Source: Antechinus flavipes (taxonomy: Eukaryota). From it: a stretch of 64,000 nt of DNA. Both the position numbers and the translations under genes were made by a program. The notes below the pieces were generated by a model that was not told where the DNA came from, did not search any database, and was given only the letters and a program-made list of their open reading frames with translations. Below are positions 1-12,344 of this stretch, one piece after another (position 1 is the stretch's first letter; the number at the start of each line of letters is the position of its first letter). The stretch spans positions 29,202,001-29,266,000 of the forward strand of contig NC_067400.1 of the NCBI RefSeq assembly GCF_016432865.1. The letters run 5' to 3'.

Positions 1-2
1 CG

Positions 3-840
3 ATGACCTTGTCTCCCTCACTGACATGACAGAACTACAAACAGGATTCAGAGGCTGCCATCAACTGGCAGAGCAACTTGAAGGACCGCACCTCCTATGA
101 CTACTTGTCCCCGTTTTACTATTTTATCCAGGACGATGTGGCATTGAAAAATTACCCAGATGTTCTCTACATCAATCCCTGGAAAAGGAACATTGTGAGA
201 AACTGATGAAGCTCCAATACCAATGAGGAAACCAGACCCTAATGACTACATCCCAATGAATGGAATGGACTCCTCTGCTCTTGAGAAAAAAATGTCAGCC
301 ACTGGAATAGTACAAGCTGGCAACTGACAAAAATGACGCCTATCTATATAATTTCATGAAAACCTATGACATGGACTAACATGTTGTTGTTTTTTCAGTT
401 GTTTCAGTCACGTTCAACTCTGTGACTCCATTCGGGATGTTCTTCGCAAAGATACTAGAATGACCTACCATTTCCTTCTCCAGCTCATTTTATAGGTAAG
501 GAGACTGAGACAAAGAGAATAAATGATTTGCCCAAAGTCACACAATAAGTATGTAAGGCCAGAATTAAACTCAAACCTTCCTGATTCCAAGGCTACTACT
601 TTAACCAGTGTACCATCTAGTTGCCCACAACAGGTAAACGATCATCCAGCATACAGGTAACAGATAAAGTCCATCAAACAACTAAGTAATCATGTAACCA
701 AACGCAATTCTAGCATGCTGGAATATTTTGTTGATAAGTATAACCTTTGAGATAGTAACAAGAGCTAAACTTCACCTTTCAGTGCATGAATATTTTGGTT
801 ATCTGACCTTTCTATAACTGCACCATCCCAATAAAGTAAA
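3..840 (+). pseudogene. FTH1: Processed ferritin heavy chain pseudogene (intronless, stops/frameshifts, interrupted by a SINE)
   Basis: Frame 3 from ATG at 3 reads [50 protein letters not shown] (FTH1: [52 protein letters not shown]). It continues [20 protein letters not shown] and YKLATDKNDAYLYNFMKTY. After the SINE it reads QIKSIKQLSNHVTK..SMLEYFVDKYNL*DSNKS* with TAA at 766-768, then an FTH1-like 3'UTR with AATAAA at 830-835. No introns. Confidence 0.95.
383..626 (-). mobile_element. MAR1-type CORE-SINE inserted in the FTH1 pseudogene
   Basis: gttgttg..tttcagtcacgttcaactctgtgactccatt..gcaaagatactagaatg..tttccttctccagctcatttta..gagactgag..tgatttgcccaaagtcaca..ctagttgccc matches the reverse of the MAR1 layout (tRNA head, CORE, RTE-derived tail). 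Confidence 0.85.
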
Positions 841-1573
841 TCGATGCTGACTTTTTTAAAAGTGTAAAATGGGAAAGACCTGGCTTCATAGACATTTTCT
901 ATAAAATAGTCATTTTGTATGGTTTAACACAAGTATTTATTTACATATTGATAACATAAATTTTATATCAATATTAATTATATGTAAGTGTAATTAGATG
1001 GTTCTATATTTGTATATAAATATATAATTATAACATTATAAATTTATATATTAATTTATATGGAAAATTTTATGGTATGTATGGTATATGTATATACCAT
1101 AAATTATATGGTATGTATAATGTAATGTATACATTATGATATGTATCATATAAATATAATATTTATATTATTTGAAATATAAGCACACAATGTACATATA
1201 TGTATACACATACATGGATGTATATGTGCATTTGTGTATTTGACCAAAATCTTTGAGTTTTCCAAATAAAATGGGCTATCAAACCTGGTCTCCTTCCTCC
1301 CCAACTTCTTCTGTTCCTCAGTAAAATGCAGCCTTTGAATTCAGCATCAGACAAACTGGAAGTCCTAGCTCTGCCTCATATTATTTCTATGAGCAGCTTC
1401 TTCAAATTCCAAATCAAAGATATCAACCAGTTGCCTAACTAGAATTTTAAAATAGAAACTGCCAGTATGTATAGGATGCTCAGAAAGCTGAAGCCATGTC
1501 AGATTGCATTAATTGAAGGACAAAGTCCATTTTAAGGGGAAAAAAGAGCCCCACTCTCCTGCTCCAACCACAA

Positions 1574-1727
1574 CTGGAGTGATGTGTTCATTCTAACCAC
1601 CAAATGTTAGGGTCTGCCTTGATAGGGTGCTGATATAGGATGATATGGGTAATTGAAGCCATATTCTGTAAAAAGCAGTTGAAGGAATTGGAGAATTCCT
1701 AATATGAAGAAAAGATGGCTGTTTGGG
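1574..1727 (+). mobile_element. CR1/L3 LINE fragment
   Basis: ctggagtgatgtgttcattctaaccaccaaatgttagg..ggatgatatggg..gaaggaattggag..gaagaaaaga resembles the late-RT part of CR1/L3. Confidence 0.6.
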
Positions 1728-1998
1728 AAAACAAGGACATTAGCAACGGAGGAGACGATGTAGGACCCCTTCCCCCTCTCATACTTGCTAACTATGTGAC
1801 CATGAGCAAGTCCCTATATCTCTCAAAAAGTGGAGAGAAGCCCTGGCTTACTGGTCATAGTCCAGAGCTACTTAGGATCATCTAGACCCAATGTCCTATC
1901 AAGTTGTTCTGGTCTTACTGGCTTACATAGATTAAGTAAGCCCTTTGTCTCTAATGTCTCTCTTTTGCGCAATAACAATATGGCAGGCAGATGGAGGC

Positions 1999-2660
1999 AA
2001 GAGAAATTTACAAACATGATTGTGAACACAGCTAATGTTTTACATGATTTCATATGTAATGTGAAAATATTTCTTGTAGCCCTTTTTATAGTGGCAAGGA
2101 ACTGGAAAGTGAGTGGCTGCCCATCAGTTGGAGAATGGCTGAATAAGTTATGGTATATGAATGTTATAGAATATTATTGTTCTATAAGACAATCAGCAGG
2201 ATGATTTCAGAGAAGTCTGGAGAGACTTATATGAACTTATGCTAAGTGAAGGGAGTAAAACATTATATATAGCAGCAACAAGATTATGTGACGATTAATT
2301 CTGATGGACTTGGTTCTTTTTGACAATGAGGTAATTCAGGCCAATTCCAATAGACATGGGATCCATCTGCATCGACAACTATGGGGACTGAGTATGGATC
2401 ACAATATAGTATTTTCACCTTTTTTGTTGTTGTTTGCTTGCATTTTGTTTTCTTTCTCATTTTTCCCCTTTTGACCTCATTTTTCTTGTGCATCATGATA
2501 ATTGTGGAAATAAGTATAGTAGAATTGCACATGTTTAACATATATTGGATTATTTGTTGTCCGGGGGAGAGAATGAGTGGGAGGAAAAATGGAACACAAG
2601 GGTGAGTGTTGACAATTATTTCTACATGTGTTTTGAAAAATAAAATTATTTTTATTATAA
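1999..2660 (+). mobile_element. L1 3' end (ORF2 C-terminus plus 3'UTR)
   Basis: Encodes IFLVALFIVARNWKVSGCPSVGEWLNKLWYMNVIEYYC, the marsupial L1 ORF2 C-terminal motif, followed by the typical 3'UTR and an AT-rich tail. Confidence 0.9.
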
Positions 2661-2791
2661 TATTATTAATTATTAATATGTTATAATTGATTATAAAAGT
2701 GACTTCATATATAAAAGCAAAAAAGAAAATGAGATGGCAGGATAGGAATAAATGAGCATGGTTTTGATACTTGAAGAAACATCAGACAAAA

Positions 2792-3005
2792 GAAAGTTAA
2801 AATTTACTCTGTGGAGCTCAAAAAGGAAGAGCCAAGATCAGTGCTTGGAAAATATAGAAGGGCTAATGTGGCTCAGGAGAATGAATGTAGTTCTTACTTC
2901 TTGTCTACCATGTGATAGAATGGGCTACGCTTATCAGGGAGTGAGTTTTCCCATAACTAGGGACTATTCAAGTTAAGGCTGAATAACCACTTCTTTAAGA
3001 CATTT
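2792..3005 (+). mobile_element. CR1/L3 3' fragment
   Basis: gaatgggctacgcttatcagggagtgagttttcccataactagggactattcaagttaaggctgaataaccactt resembles the CR1 3' consensus. Confidence 0.55.
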
Positions 3006-3310
3006 ATGGAACACTTTAATACAGCAAGTGAGATATGAATTGTACCTAAGATTAACTTCATCTGTCTAAGGATCTTCTGGGATCTACCACAACTAGTCAG
3101 CTCCTTCTCTTCAACTTTTAATCTTTCTGTTGCCTAGATACTTAAGAAGTCAAGTAATATACCAAAGATCATACAACCAAATTAGAGACAGAGCTTGAAC
3201 CCAGATCTTCTTGGCTTCAAGAAAAGCTCTAATCACCATATAGCCTCTAACATCCTTGTTAAGTCAAATATTTTCTATGACAAAAATGTAAATATGTTTA
3301 AAATGAGTGT

Positions 3311-3472
3311 ACACATGTAACCTCTATCAGATGGCTTGCTCTCTTGAGGAGGGGAGAGGCAAAAGAGAGAGGGAGAAAACATTTGGAACTCTAAATCTTA
3401 CAAAAAATGACTGTTGAAAACTATACATGTATTTGGAAAAATAAAATACTATTGAGAAAAAAAGAAAAAAAA
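3311..3472 (+). mobile_element. Short 5'-truncated L1 3' tail
   Basis: cacatgtaacc..atcagatggcttgc..gaggggagagg..gggagaaaacatttggaac..gttgaaaacta..catgtatttggaaaaataaaatac followed by an A-rich tail. Confidence 0.8.
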
Positions 3473-4390
3473 GGCAATGATTTTCTGAGTCTCTGAGTGG
3501 GAATGGAAAGTTTTAATCAGATGAGTCAATGAATATAAAATCCTCTGCAAATTTTAAACTTTCTACATAATATTATTCATCATCATTTTTTTTTTTTGTA
3601 TGGGGTTAGAAATAGCCCTATGACATTTAGTGATGCTACTATTTTATTTTTATATTTAATATTTTGCAGATTATGGATGAAAAAATAATATCATTTTTAT
3701 AATTGAGTTATAGTAGAAGGATACAAGCTCATCTTTCCTAGATTCATTGTTATTACCATCATCATTGATAATGGAGCGAGTCAGATGCAATATCTGTGGA
3801 TGAAGAACCCAACTAACTTCTATTCACTAATTCAATAGTACTATCTTATATTTTTATTAAAATGTAAAGAAAATCATCTATGTCCAGTTGCTCTGAGTAG
3901 GTTGAATGAGGTGATATTTAATAAATATTTTGAAGTAACTAAGTCATCAAAAAAAAGATCACTTTCCAGTTGACTAGGTCAAATAAACCCGACTCAAGTT
4001 ACAACAGTCACCACTGTCATCCCCCTCTCTCTAATACATACATACATACTTACATACACACATAGCTCCCTGCCTACTTGGACTCTTGAGTTTATTCTAT
4101 GAAACAAAGTGAAAAAGGTATTTGAAAAACACTATAGAAAGTAAGCAAAGCACAGTATTAAGAAACTTTAAGGAATTAACCAATAAAGTGAATTGTATTT
4201 AGAATTTTTCAGTGCTTCTATTTAGAATCTTTCACTAACCCAGAGTTTTGAAATCTCCAGTAGACCGGCATCCCAACATTGGTTGAGTGCTTGTCAGTTT
4301 CTTCCAACTCCCTGTGATATATGGACAGACATGTGGCCGTAGCCGAAGTTTAACCTTAAGCCCCACAAAACCAAGAATAACTGACCAAAC

Positions 4391-4414
4391 CTGTGCCTGT
4401 CACGGCTGAGCTCT
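4391..4414 (-). other. Candidate 24-nt microexon in a unique CpG-retaining island (about 4260-4520)
   Basis: Minus strand: gttttgttctcctatccgggccctcag|AGAGCTCAGCCGTGACAGGCACAG|gtttgg. Motif evidence only; the donor is moderate. Confidence 0.2.
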
Positions 4415-6949
4415 CTGAGGGCCCGGATAGGAGAACAAAACTTTTTTTCTTTTTTAATCTTAGTTGCTTTCAAACCATCCTCCTGTGGGGCTTTGTTATA
4501 CACAAAGATCCACATTCCTTCTACTCTGCAAAATCCAATTGATTAAGATGCAAGAGGGAAGCTCCCAAGGAGACTTCACTACCAAATGACAGTGATGTTT
4601 GTTATTTTATTTACTTGGGATTTATATTTTGCCCACTGTAGTTCAATGAGCATTTATTTAGTACCTACTCAGTATAAGAAATTCATGGATCCAAATGAAA
4701 ACTAAACAAAATGTCCTCACCCTCAAGAAACTGGCATTCTGCCATCTAAAACTTGGTCCCAACTGCATGCCCCATCTCATCCTACTTTCTTTTCCTTCCT
4801 AAACGTCATCCAACCAATACGGTTGGTTCTTATGTATACCTTTGCACTGGCTGACCCCAATGCCTAGATTCCTTTCTTCCCAATCTCCACTTTATGAAAT
4901 CTCTTCTTCCTTTTCAAATCTCAACTCAGGCACTTTTTTATATATGAAACCTTTCCTAACCCCTTTGTGGCTGGTACCTCTCTCACATTGAAATTGTCTG
5001 TGTATAGATAGGATGTATCTATATATGAATATATACTCTCCTTGAATAGACTATAAGGTTCATGAGGGTAGGAAGAGTCTCATTTTTGTTTGGATACTTA
5101 GTACACCGAGAAACCATAAATGCTTAATACTTGTAGATTAATTTCAAACAAGATTTGAGGTACTATATAAATATATCACATTATCACATTATGAAAAATT
5201 AACACACGTGTGTGTGTATATATATATACATATATATATAAATACATATATGTGTGTATGTATATATGTGTGTGTTATTGCTCTGAATAGACTATTAATG
5301 GTCCTTGAAGACAGACTGTTCCACATTACTGTAGTTTATTTCCCTTTACATAGCACTATGCCTGATATATAATAAATGCTTAATAAATGTTTGATTGATT
5401 AGGAAAGAACTCAAATGGAAAAATAAATGTCTCTAAGCACAAGGAATGAGATAGTTACAAGAGCTGGGGACTGAATTTAATTCTGAATTTCCTGACATCT
5501 AATGAAAAAAAGGGCAACATATTCAATTACATCTGAATGTCTAATTTTTTTAAACATAGGATTTAATCTGAAGAAATGAACTTTTTAAACTAAAAAGATG
5601 GAATCAGGACCACAGAAATCTTCATATCTACCCTTTTCCCATTTTATAGATGGGGAAACTGAAGGCTTTGGATAGAAACTGACTTGCCCATGGTCATACA
5701 ATTACTAAGAAGCAGAGTCAGGATTCAAGTCCCTGGTCTTTCACTCTATATTGAGTGCTCTCCTGACTAAATGACAGGTCCATATTCCAGATTAGTGTAT
5801 CCTAAGTATCAATTATGAGGAAATAATGTCCAAGGAGAAGCAGGGAGGGGAGCCAAACTGATCTGAGTTGGAGGCAGGTCAATAACATGACAGTAAAACA
5901 ATTGGGCATCCCAAAGACCCTAAATGAGATTCCTGTTATCTAACAATACCATTAAAACTAACAACTTTAGCATATAGTGATGATCTGACATATAAATGTT
6001 TAATGATTATTTATTGATTAATTAAGAAAATAACCTAAATAAATTAATCAATATCTTGAGGCAATGGGAATAAGATAGTTAAATACATAAAAAACAAGCT
6101 TTGCCACTTTTGATTTATGCAGATGTAGTTTTTAAAAATCTTATACTTGGGGATACCAGATTATAAAAATCTAGCCTATCCATGTCCAAAGCTTAGTCCA
6201 TTTCTATTTTTCCTTTTGTTTGTAATCTTCTATGTCATCACCTTGTTATGTATGATTAGTCAGGTCTTGATAATAACTTAGTAAATGAATGAATGACAGG
6301 GTAAATCCAGAGGGGTTAAACAATCATTGGTGGAAAGAAAATACGGAGTACTTTGGCAAGTAGACCACTGATGCTAAACCCACACTGTTTCTTCAGATCC
6401 AATATGCCTTGTACTCTCTTTCTCCTCCATGAAATCCAGTTCTCAGTTAACTATCAGAAGACCACATATTTTGAGTTGTAGGAGACATTTAGTGCTCATC
6501 TAGTTCAACATATTCATTTTTCATATAAAGAAACAGAGACCAAGAAACATTAAACAATTTGGTCAAGGACATACATGGTTCCTCAGACTGTTTAGTACAC
6601 AATGACAGAGTTCACATTTTGGCCTACATGAATTATAATGCTTTAATGTACTGTTCTTCCCAAGGTTATTATCATTTTAGTCGAGAACAATAGCTGTACA
6701 TATTTGAATTTTAGGATTATAAATTCAGAACTGGAGGATGCCATTGAGAACATCTAATCTACTTTGCTTATTTACAGGGGAAGTTACACAGATAGCAAAA
6801 TCTGTGAGGTAGATTTGAAGCCAGCTCTTGCTACTTTTAAATCCAGTCTTCCATCTACTGAGTCATGCTAATCATACTTAGTACACTTCCTACTCTGGGG
6901 AAAGGTAAGCATATCTATGTAGGTCACAAGACAGAATTTTGTCACTTAC

Positions 6950-7620
6950 ACATTTCCAGAAAGTGCAAGTGTGATCTTCCAAATCCCTTCTTTTTCCAAC
7001 AGAACTTTCCAAATATAGGTATAAAGACTGTGGTTAATATGGCGTATTTTCATCTGGGGAAATTGGCAAATGATGAGATTAAAGAACACTAGCACTGCTG
7101 TTTGCCATTTCAAGCACCGAATCCTGAAAATACTTCAAACAATGAAAGAAAATCTGGAGAAAATTGTGACTTAGAACCAATTTGGGTGGAATTTCTAAGC
7201 AGAGAATTGTTTAGCTTATAAAAGACTTCTCAGTGCTCATTTTTACAACCCACACCAAGCTTTTCTTCTAGGAAAGTCATCAGGAAGTAGCTCTGAGAGC
7301 TGGGATAGCAGTAGCTTCAGAGAATAGAATAATCTGCCGACCTGAAATGAGGTTAGTTTAGTTTTCAAAACTACTCTTTCAAAATTTTGGAACAGGTGCA
7401 TTCCATAACGCTGAATTTTGGTCATTTGCATTTTACATGGATGTTCCCATATGGCACATATGCAGGAATGGATAAAGGGCATGAGGAATGGTGATTAAAA
7501 TCATCTAGGGGATGATCTTTTTAATCCCAACATTCTGCTAGTGTGGCAGCATGGATGAACGTCATGGAACACTGGTGTGTCCAAAGAGTTAAAAATTGCT
7601 ATCCCCGAGAAGTCAATGGA
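6950..7620 (+). mobile_element. Probable highly decayed hAT (Tip100/Arthur/Zaphod-like) transposase remnant
   Basis: Frameshifted pieces in collinear order: RLWLIW, HCCLPF, VEFL-AENCLAYK, FYNPHQAFLLG, KGMRNG, C*CGS. These echo hAT-Tip100 motifs RKWLVY, FCFCCKLF, VQFLAERNLAFRG, LYTPNNGNFLG, NMKGK.NG, PCGSH. Many stops; AT-rich transposon-like flank continues to about 8300. Confidence 0.45.
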
Positions 7621-8599
7621 GTAGAATAATGGTTGATCAGATTGGTCTGGAAAAAGAAGAAGGAATTGTGAAGAGGAACCTAAGATGGAAAAAAAAAAGA
7701 ATGGGCTGATAGCAACTGACATTCTGAATACTCCTCTAGTATTTTGATACATTTCATTTTGCCAAATATCCTTAATCTCAAGGTCATGTGGACTGAAAAG
7801 CTTTCAAATTACAGAGATCTAGTAGGAGAAATAACCATCTAATGGGAAATGGATGAGTACATATCATCATCAAAATTTGATCTACTATTAGAATTATTAT
7901 AAAAATTATTATAAAAATTATGCTTTAGGTGAGTCACAGAAAATGAGCTTATTTATTATACTCTTATATAATTAGAAAATTGATTATTTTATCCATTAGT
8001 CCACAGAATAGTTTGTCAAAGAATAATAACTACATCAACTTTACAACTTTACAGATATTTATAATCATAAAAAGATGTAATTAAGTCTTATAGTCTCATG
8101 TAATTAAAATCAGTTATTTTATATACTGGTGCATGGAATATTGTGTAAAAGAATAATACCAATATACCAACTTTATGAATTTACAGATTTTTATGATTAT
8201 AAAAAGATGCAATTAAATCTGCATGCTCTTAAATACAAATAAATGATAAAAAATAATTTTTGTGAGTCCATAAAACATTAAATATAATAGAACAGCATGA
8301 TACCAATTTGCCCCAGGACCATTTCTATCAGAATAAGATCTGCTGCAGCAATAATAACAGGGTGCTTTTTTTCTTAATAAAAGATGTCCCAAATTTGTTG
8401 CTTAAAAATGAGAATACTGTGCACTTCATTCAAAGCATTCACAATTTAAATTGATTTTTATAATCCAGAAACATTTGCAAATATATATAAATATAATACA
8501 CACAAGTATGTGATACATATGTACATATATGTATATGTTCATAGGTTTATGATACATGTGTGTATATATATACAATGCATTTATAAATGTGTTTATATC

Positions 8600-8658
8600 T
8601 ACCTATGTATATGTGTGTGTGTGTGTGTGTATGTATATGTATATGTATATGTATATGT
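8600..8658 (+). repeat. (TG)n/(TATATG)n microsatellite
   Basis: atatgtgtgtgtgtgtgtgtgtatgtatatgtatatgtatatgtatatgtg seen directly. Confidence 0.95.
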
Positions 8659-9454
8659 GCCAAGAAGCAAAGAGGTCAGACTAAAAAGTCCTATGGGAAC
8701 ATAAAGAACAAAAATAAAATTTATCAATTTGATGCTTCTGGAACAAGCCATTTGAGGTCCCATGACATTTAGATGAACTTTATTATACCACAAATCCTTT
8801 GCCTCAGTCCCACACTCATGGCTTAATTCCATAACTGCAAATATGTAAGTGAAATCCAAGTAGAGTCTGAATGTTGGAGTATTCAATGTCCACATGGAAA
8901 GTGTTCTATATTTAAAACACCCCCAGCATACTAAGGTCAAGAACAATTACTATAAATCATGGCATCTCTGTGGAAGGCAGCTATGTTTCTATCTTTGCCA
9001 GGCCTTAAACTCCCTTCCTTCCTCAACGGGCACTTAAATAGGAGGGGGAGTTGGTACCAAAATGTTGTATGAAACCAAGGTACGTGAATGACAGGGAGGT
9101 GTGCGTCTCCATGGAAAAATGCACTAAATTACTATTTCATATAGTGAAAACTTTCTCCAGTTATATTTTATTCAATCCTAACTTTCTTATTTAATTATAA
9201 AAAGCAGACATTTTATCCATTTTCTATATTATTTCCAAAACTATTTCTGAAGGCTCTTTTCCCCTCTCCTTGTAGACCCCAGAACGAGGATCCCCGCTGG
9301 GGTGATAGTCCAGCCCTGCTCTAACTTCTGTACCATGAGGGTTGTTTATAGACTTTCTCTGCAGAATCTCTTCTTTCACATTGGTCTGCTGCCCTGATGT
9401 CTGAAGAGGCTGCCAAATGCCTGCTCCAACCGGACAGGAGATCTGGATGCTTAC

Positions 9455-9492
9455 CTGGAAAACTGCAACTGAATGCTAAGAACGTGATACTG
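9455..9492 (-). other. Candidate 38-nt microexon or recursive splice site
   Basis: Minus strand: cccactccactcccagtctcttcag|CAGTATCACGTTCTTAGCATTCAGTTGCAGTTTTCCAG|gtaagc. Strong donor, and the 3' end itself resembles an acceptor (ttttccag|gtaag). Confidence 0.3.
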
Positions 9493-10004
9493 CTGAAGAG
9501 ACTGGGAGTGGAGTGGGGGACAAGGCAGAAGACTTGGAAAAGTTGCCACAGGATCCCATTTCAGACACATCTTTCTTCTTGCCCATCTCTTTTACTTGAA
9601 CTTCATCTCAAGTAAACCAGGTTGGGGGAGTGGGCAAGTTCCTGCCAAAAGGCCAATCAGTGTTCACCTGGGACCCCTTGAACTCCATGCCTTCTTAGAA
9701 CCACCTGACCCATTAAAACATCCAGACAATCCACTCTCAGTTTGCAATCAACAACACATCATTTGTCACGGAAATACTCAGCCAAGCCAAGGCACGTCGT
9801 ACTTTCTGCTCTCCTAGGACTCTTTGCCCAAAGCTGGCACAGATGAATGGGCATTCTTTCTGCCCTCCTCCTATCCCACTTTTAAATGCCAGGAGAAAAA
9901 AAAGGGGGGGGGGACAATAAAAGACAGCAATGGAAGCTAATGAAAGTTCTTGGGGTCGAATGAAAGGTACTCTTACAGGCAATGTGTTGCCATGGAGAGG
10001 AGAG

Positions 10005-10273
10005 TCAACATGGAATCATGAAGAACTGGGTTCAAATTCTCCCTCAGACTAGTTTTGTGATCCCAGTCAAAACATTTCATAACTCTTTTCTTTTCTTTTC
10101 CCACCTATAAGAGGTAGACAATAATAGCATCTATCTCACAGAATCACAAGGATCAAATATAAGTATGATACATGCATTTGATGATCAAATATATGCAAAA
10201 TTCAAATATATGTACTTTATAAACCTTAAATACCCTATAAATAAAAGGCACTATTGGTAATAATAATAATATT
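10005..10273 (+). mobile_element. MIR-family SINE
   Basis: gaagaactgggttcaaattctccctcagactag..gtgatcccagtcaaaacattt..ataatagcatctatctcacagaatc..aaggatcaaat is the CORE/MIR layout. Confidence 0.75.
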
Positions 10274-12344
10274 CAACTATGGTGTTGAATAACTGAACTT
10301 GGCCAAATATAGAATGAAATTTGGAGGAGAGAAGCCAGAGATACAGATTCAGTGGAAAGTGGTTGTGGAGCCAATCAATCAATAAATAAGCATCTACTCT
10401 GTGCCAGACACCATACTAAGGACTTAGATTTAAATTCAGTCTCTGTGATGCTGGGGAAATTATATAACTTCTCTGAGCATTAGTTTTCCCACGTGGAGAA
10501 TGATGGGACTGGACTAGATGATGTCTCAGGCTCCTTCTGTGATCTATGAGGATCTATGAGCTTCTGAGGTCCAGTAAAAGGAGGTACATCTGCTGAGCCT
10601 GGAGCTTTCCATGTCTGACTCCCTCCCGGACTGAACCTGATGATGCATTCATAGCTTAGCAGGACCAACAGAACATAGCAAGACTCAAGCACTTACATGA
10701 TTAAAGAGTGAGCATTTAATATAGAAAAGTGGCACTGAGCAGGTGAGCAGGGGCTAAAATGGGGGGTTCAAAGCACAAAAATCTGACTCTTTTTCTGTAT
10801 GTCAAGGACTGGGTGATACTAGCTAGACACTGACCAGGCTTCATTGCCTAGTTTCAGATTCAAAATTCTCTTTACACAGAAACACTGGGTTTCAAACACA
10901 CCATCTCAGTCAGAGGGAGATCTTTTGTTCTAATTTTCCCAGTCGTGGGACCCCTGAATCATAAGGACACCAGAGACCACCTATTCCAACATTCTCATTT
11001 ATACAGATAAGGAAACTGAGGCTTCCTAATGATTTTAAGTGACAGAGCTGATATTTTGTTATCCCAAAACTCAGCCTTGTGCTGAATATGCCCAAATATA
11101 TGCAAAATATAAATATATGTAAACCTTGAAGCATCCTACAAATTAAAGGCACTATTGCTACTACTATTAATAGCAATAATAATATTTAATGTGGGCAAAA
11201 TTAAATACATACTAGAAATCACTATGGACATTGATTTCCTTTCTCTCTCAATTCTTAATCTTAATAATTTCTTGCATTTCTTTTTTCATAATATGAATTG
11301 GAAAGGTGAGTTAAGGGACGGATTCTTATCGCTTCTCCCTCAGTTCAGCCTGTTGCATCTTATGCTCAGCCCAGAAGCCCAGCTTGCTGGTTACAGTTTC
11401 ATCAATGAGCCCATGAATAGAGACTAATAATGGATGGGTCTTTTCCCTCAAGTTTCTTTCTCCCTCCTCTCCACCTCAGAGGGTGTGATTTTTCCCTCTC
11501 CCTATTTCCCATGAGTTAAAACAATTTAGGAAAATACAACACGGGACAGAGATCATATGATATCTGTAGGTTGAAGTGGGTGATCTTCCAACAGAACATC
11601 AATATGTAATTTGCATGGTCACAAATATTATTGGCATAAATAATTCATAGGGTTATTTTGTAGCCGCTTGATTAATTGAATTCTTTGTCAATTTTATCTG
11701 CTACAATGCCAATGCAAGCTTGCACATCCAGTGGAGCCATCTCCCTGATTTTCTTTAAACAAAAGCGTCTGGATTAGTCTATTTATTTATTTACTTTTTG
11801 TTGAAATGAGATAAAAGGAGAATTAATACATGCGTTTGCATTATATTGGTGCTCTATAGTTTCAATAAATTATAGCCATTATTACTGGAATTACACTGTT
11901 ATTTTATATATATATATATGTATGTATGTATACACATACATACACACACGCACACACAGTTGGATGCTATACATACCTCCTCATTGCCAAAATACAGCAA
12001 TCTCTCCATCTTCCAGACCTTTTATATTTCTTTTCCATAAAAGTTATTTAAGGGAGTGTTAAATAATATGTTTTCAACAAGATCTGAAACCAGTAAATAT
12101 TGGTCATTTATTGTTTCAAGTTGGGGTAGTATGTTTTGATGGCCTTTCTGCATAGACATCCTTCATCACCCTCTACCCAAGCTCTCCCTCTCTCCCTAAA
12201 GCAGCTCCCATCTACAAAATAATTTCTCTCTAACCCCACATTTCTTCAGAGCATCTCAGCTCTGCACTAATTCTAGGAGAGTTAACTAAAAATGCCACAA
12301 GATGCAAATGATCAATGGTCTAAATTCTAGATCAATGGTCTAAA

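Noticed and set aside
1080-1101. 22-bp palindrome tatggtatat-gt-atataccata
   Set aside because: It lies within an AT-rich simple-repeat patch where such symmetry is expected.
1830-2204. 124-aa ORF
   Set aside because: The C-terminal half is the L1 ORF2 end and the start lies in SINE remnants; not a gene.
4260-4390. Possible miRNA or snoRNA hairpin
   Set aside because: No convincing long stem, C/D boxes or H/ACA layout found by eye.
8510-8946. Overlapping ORFs with YV/CI/TY repeats
   Set aside because: Translations of the (TG)n/(TATATG)n microsatellite.
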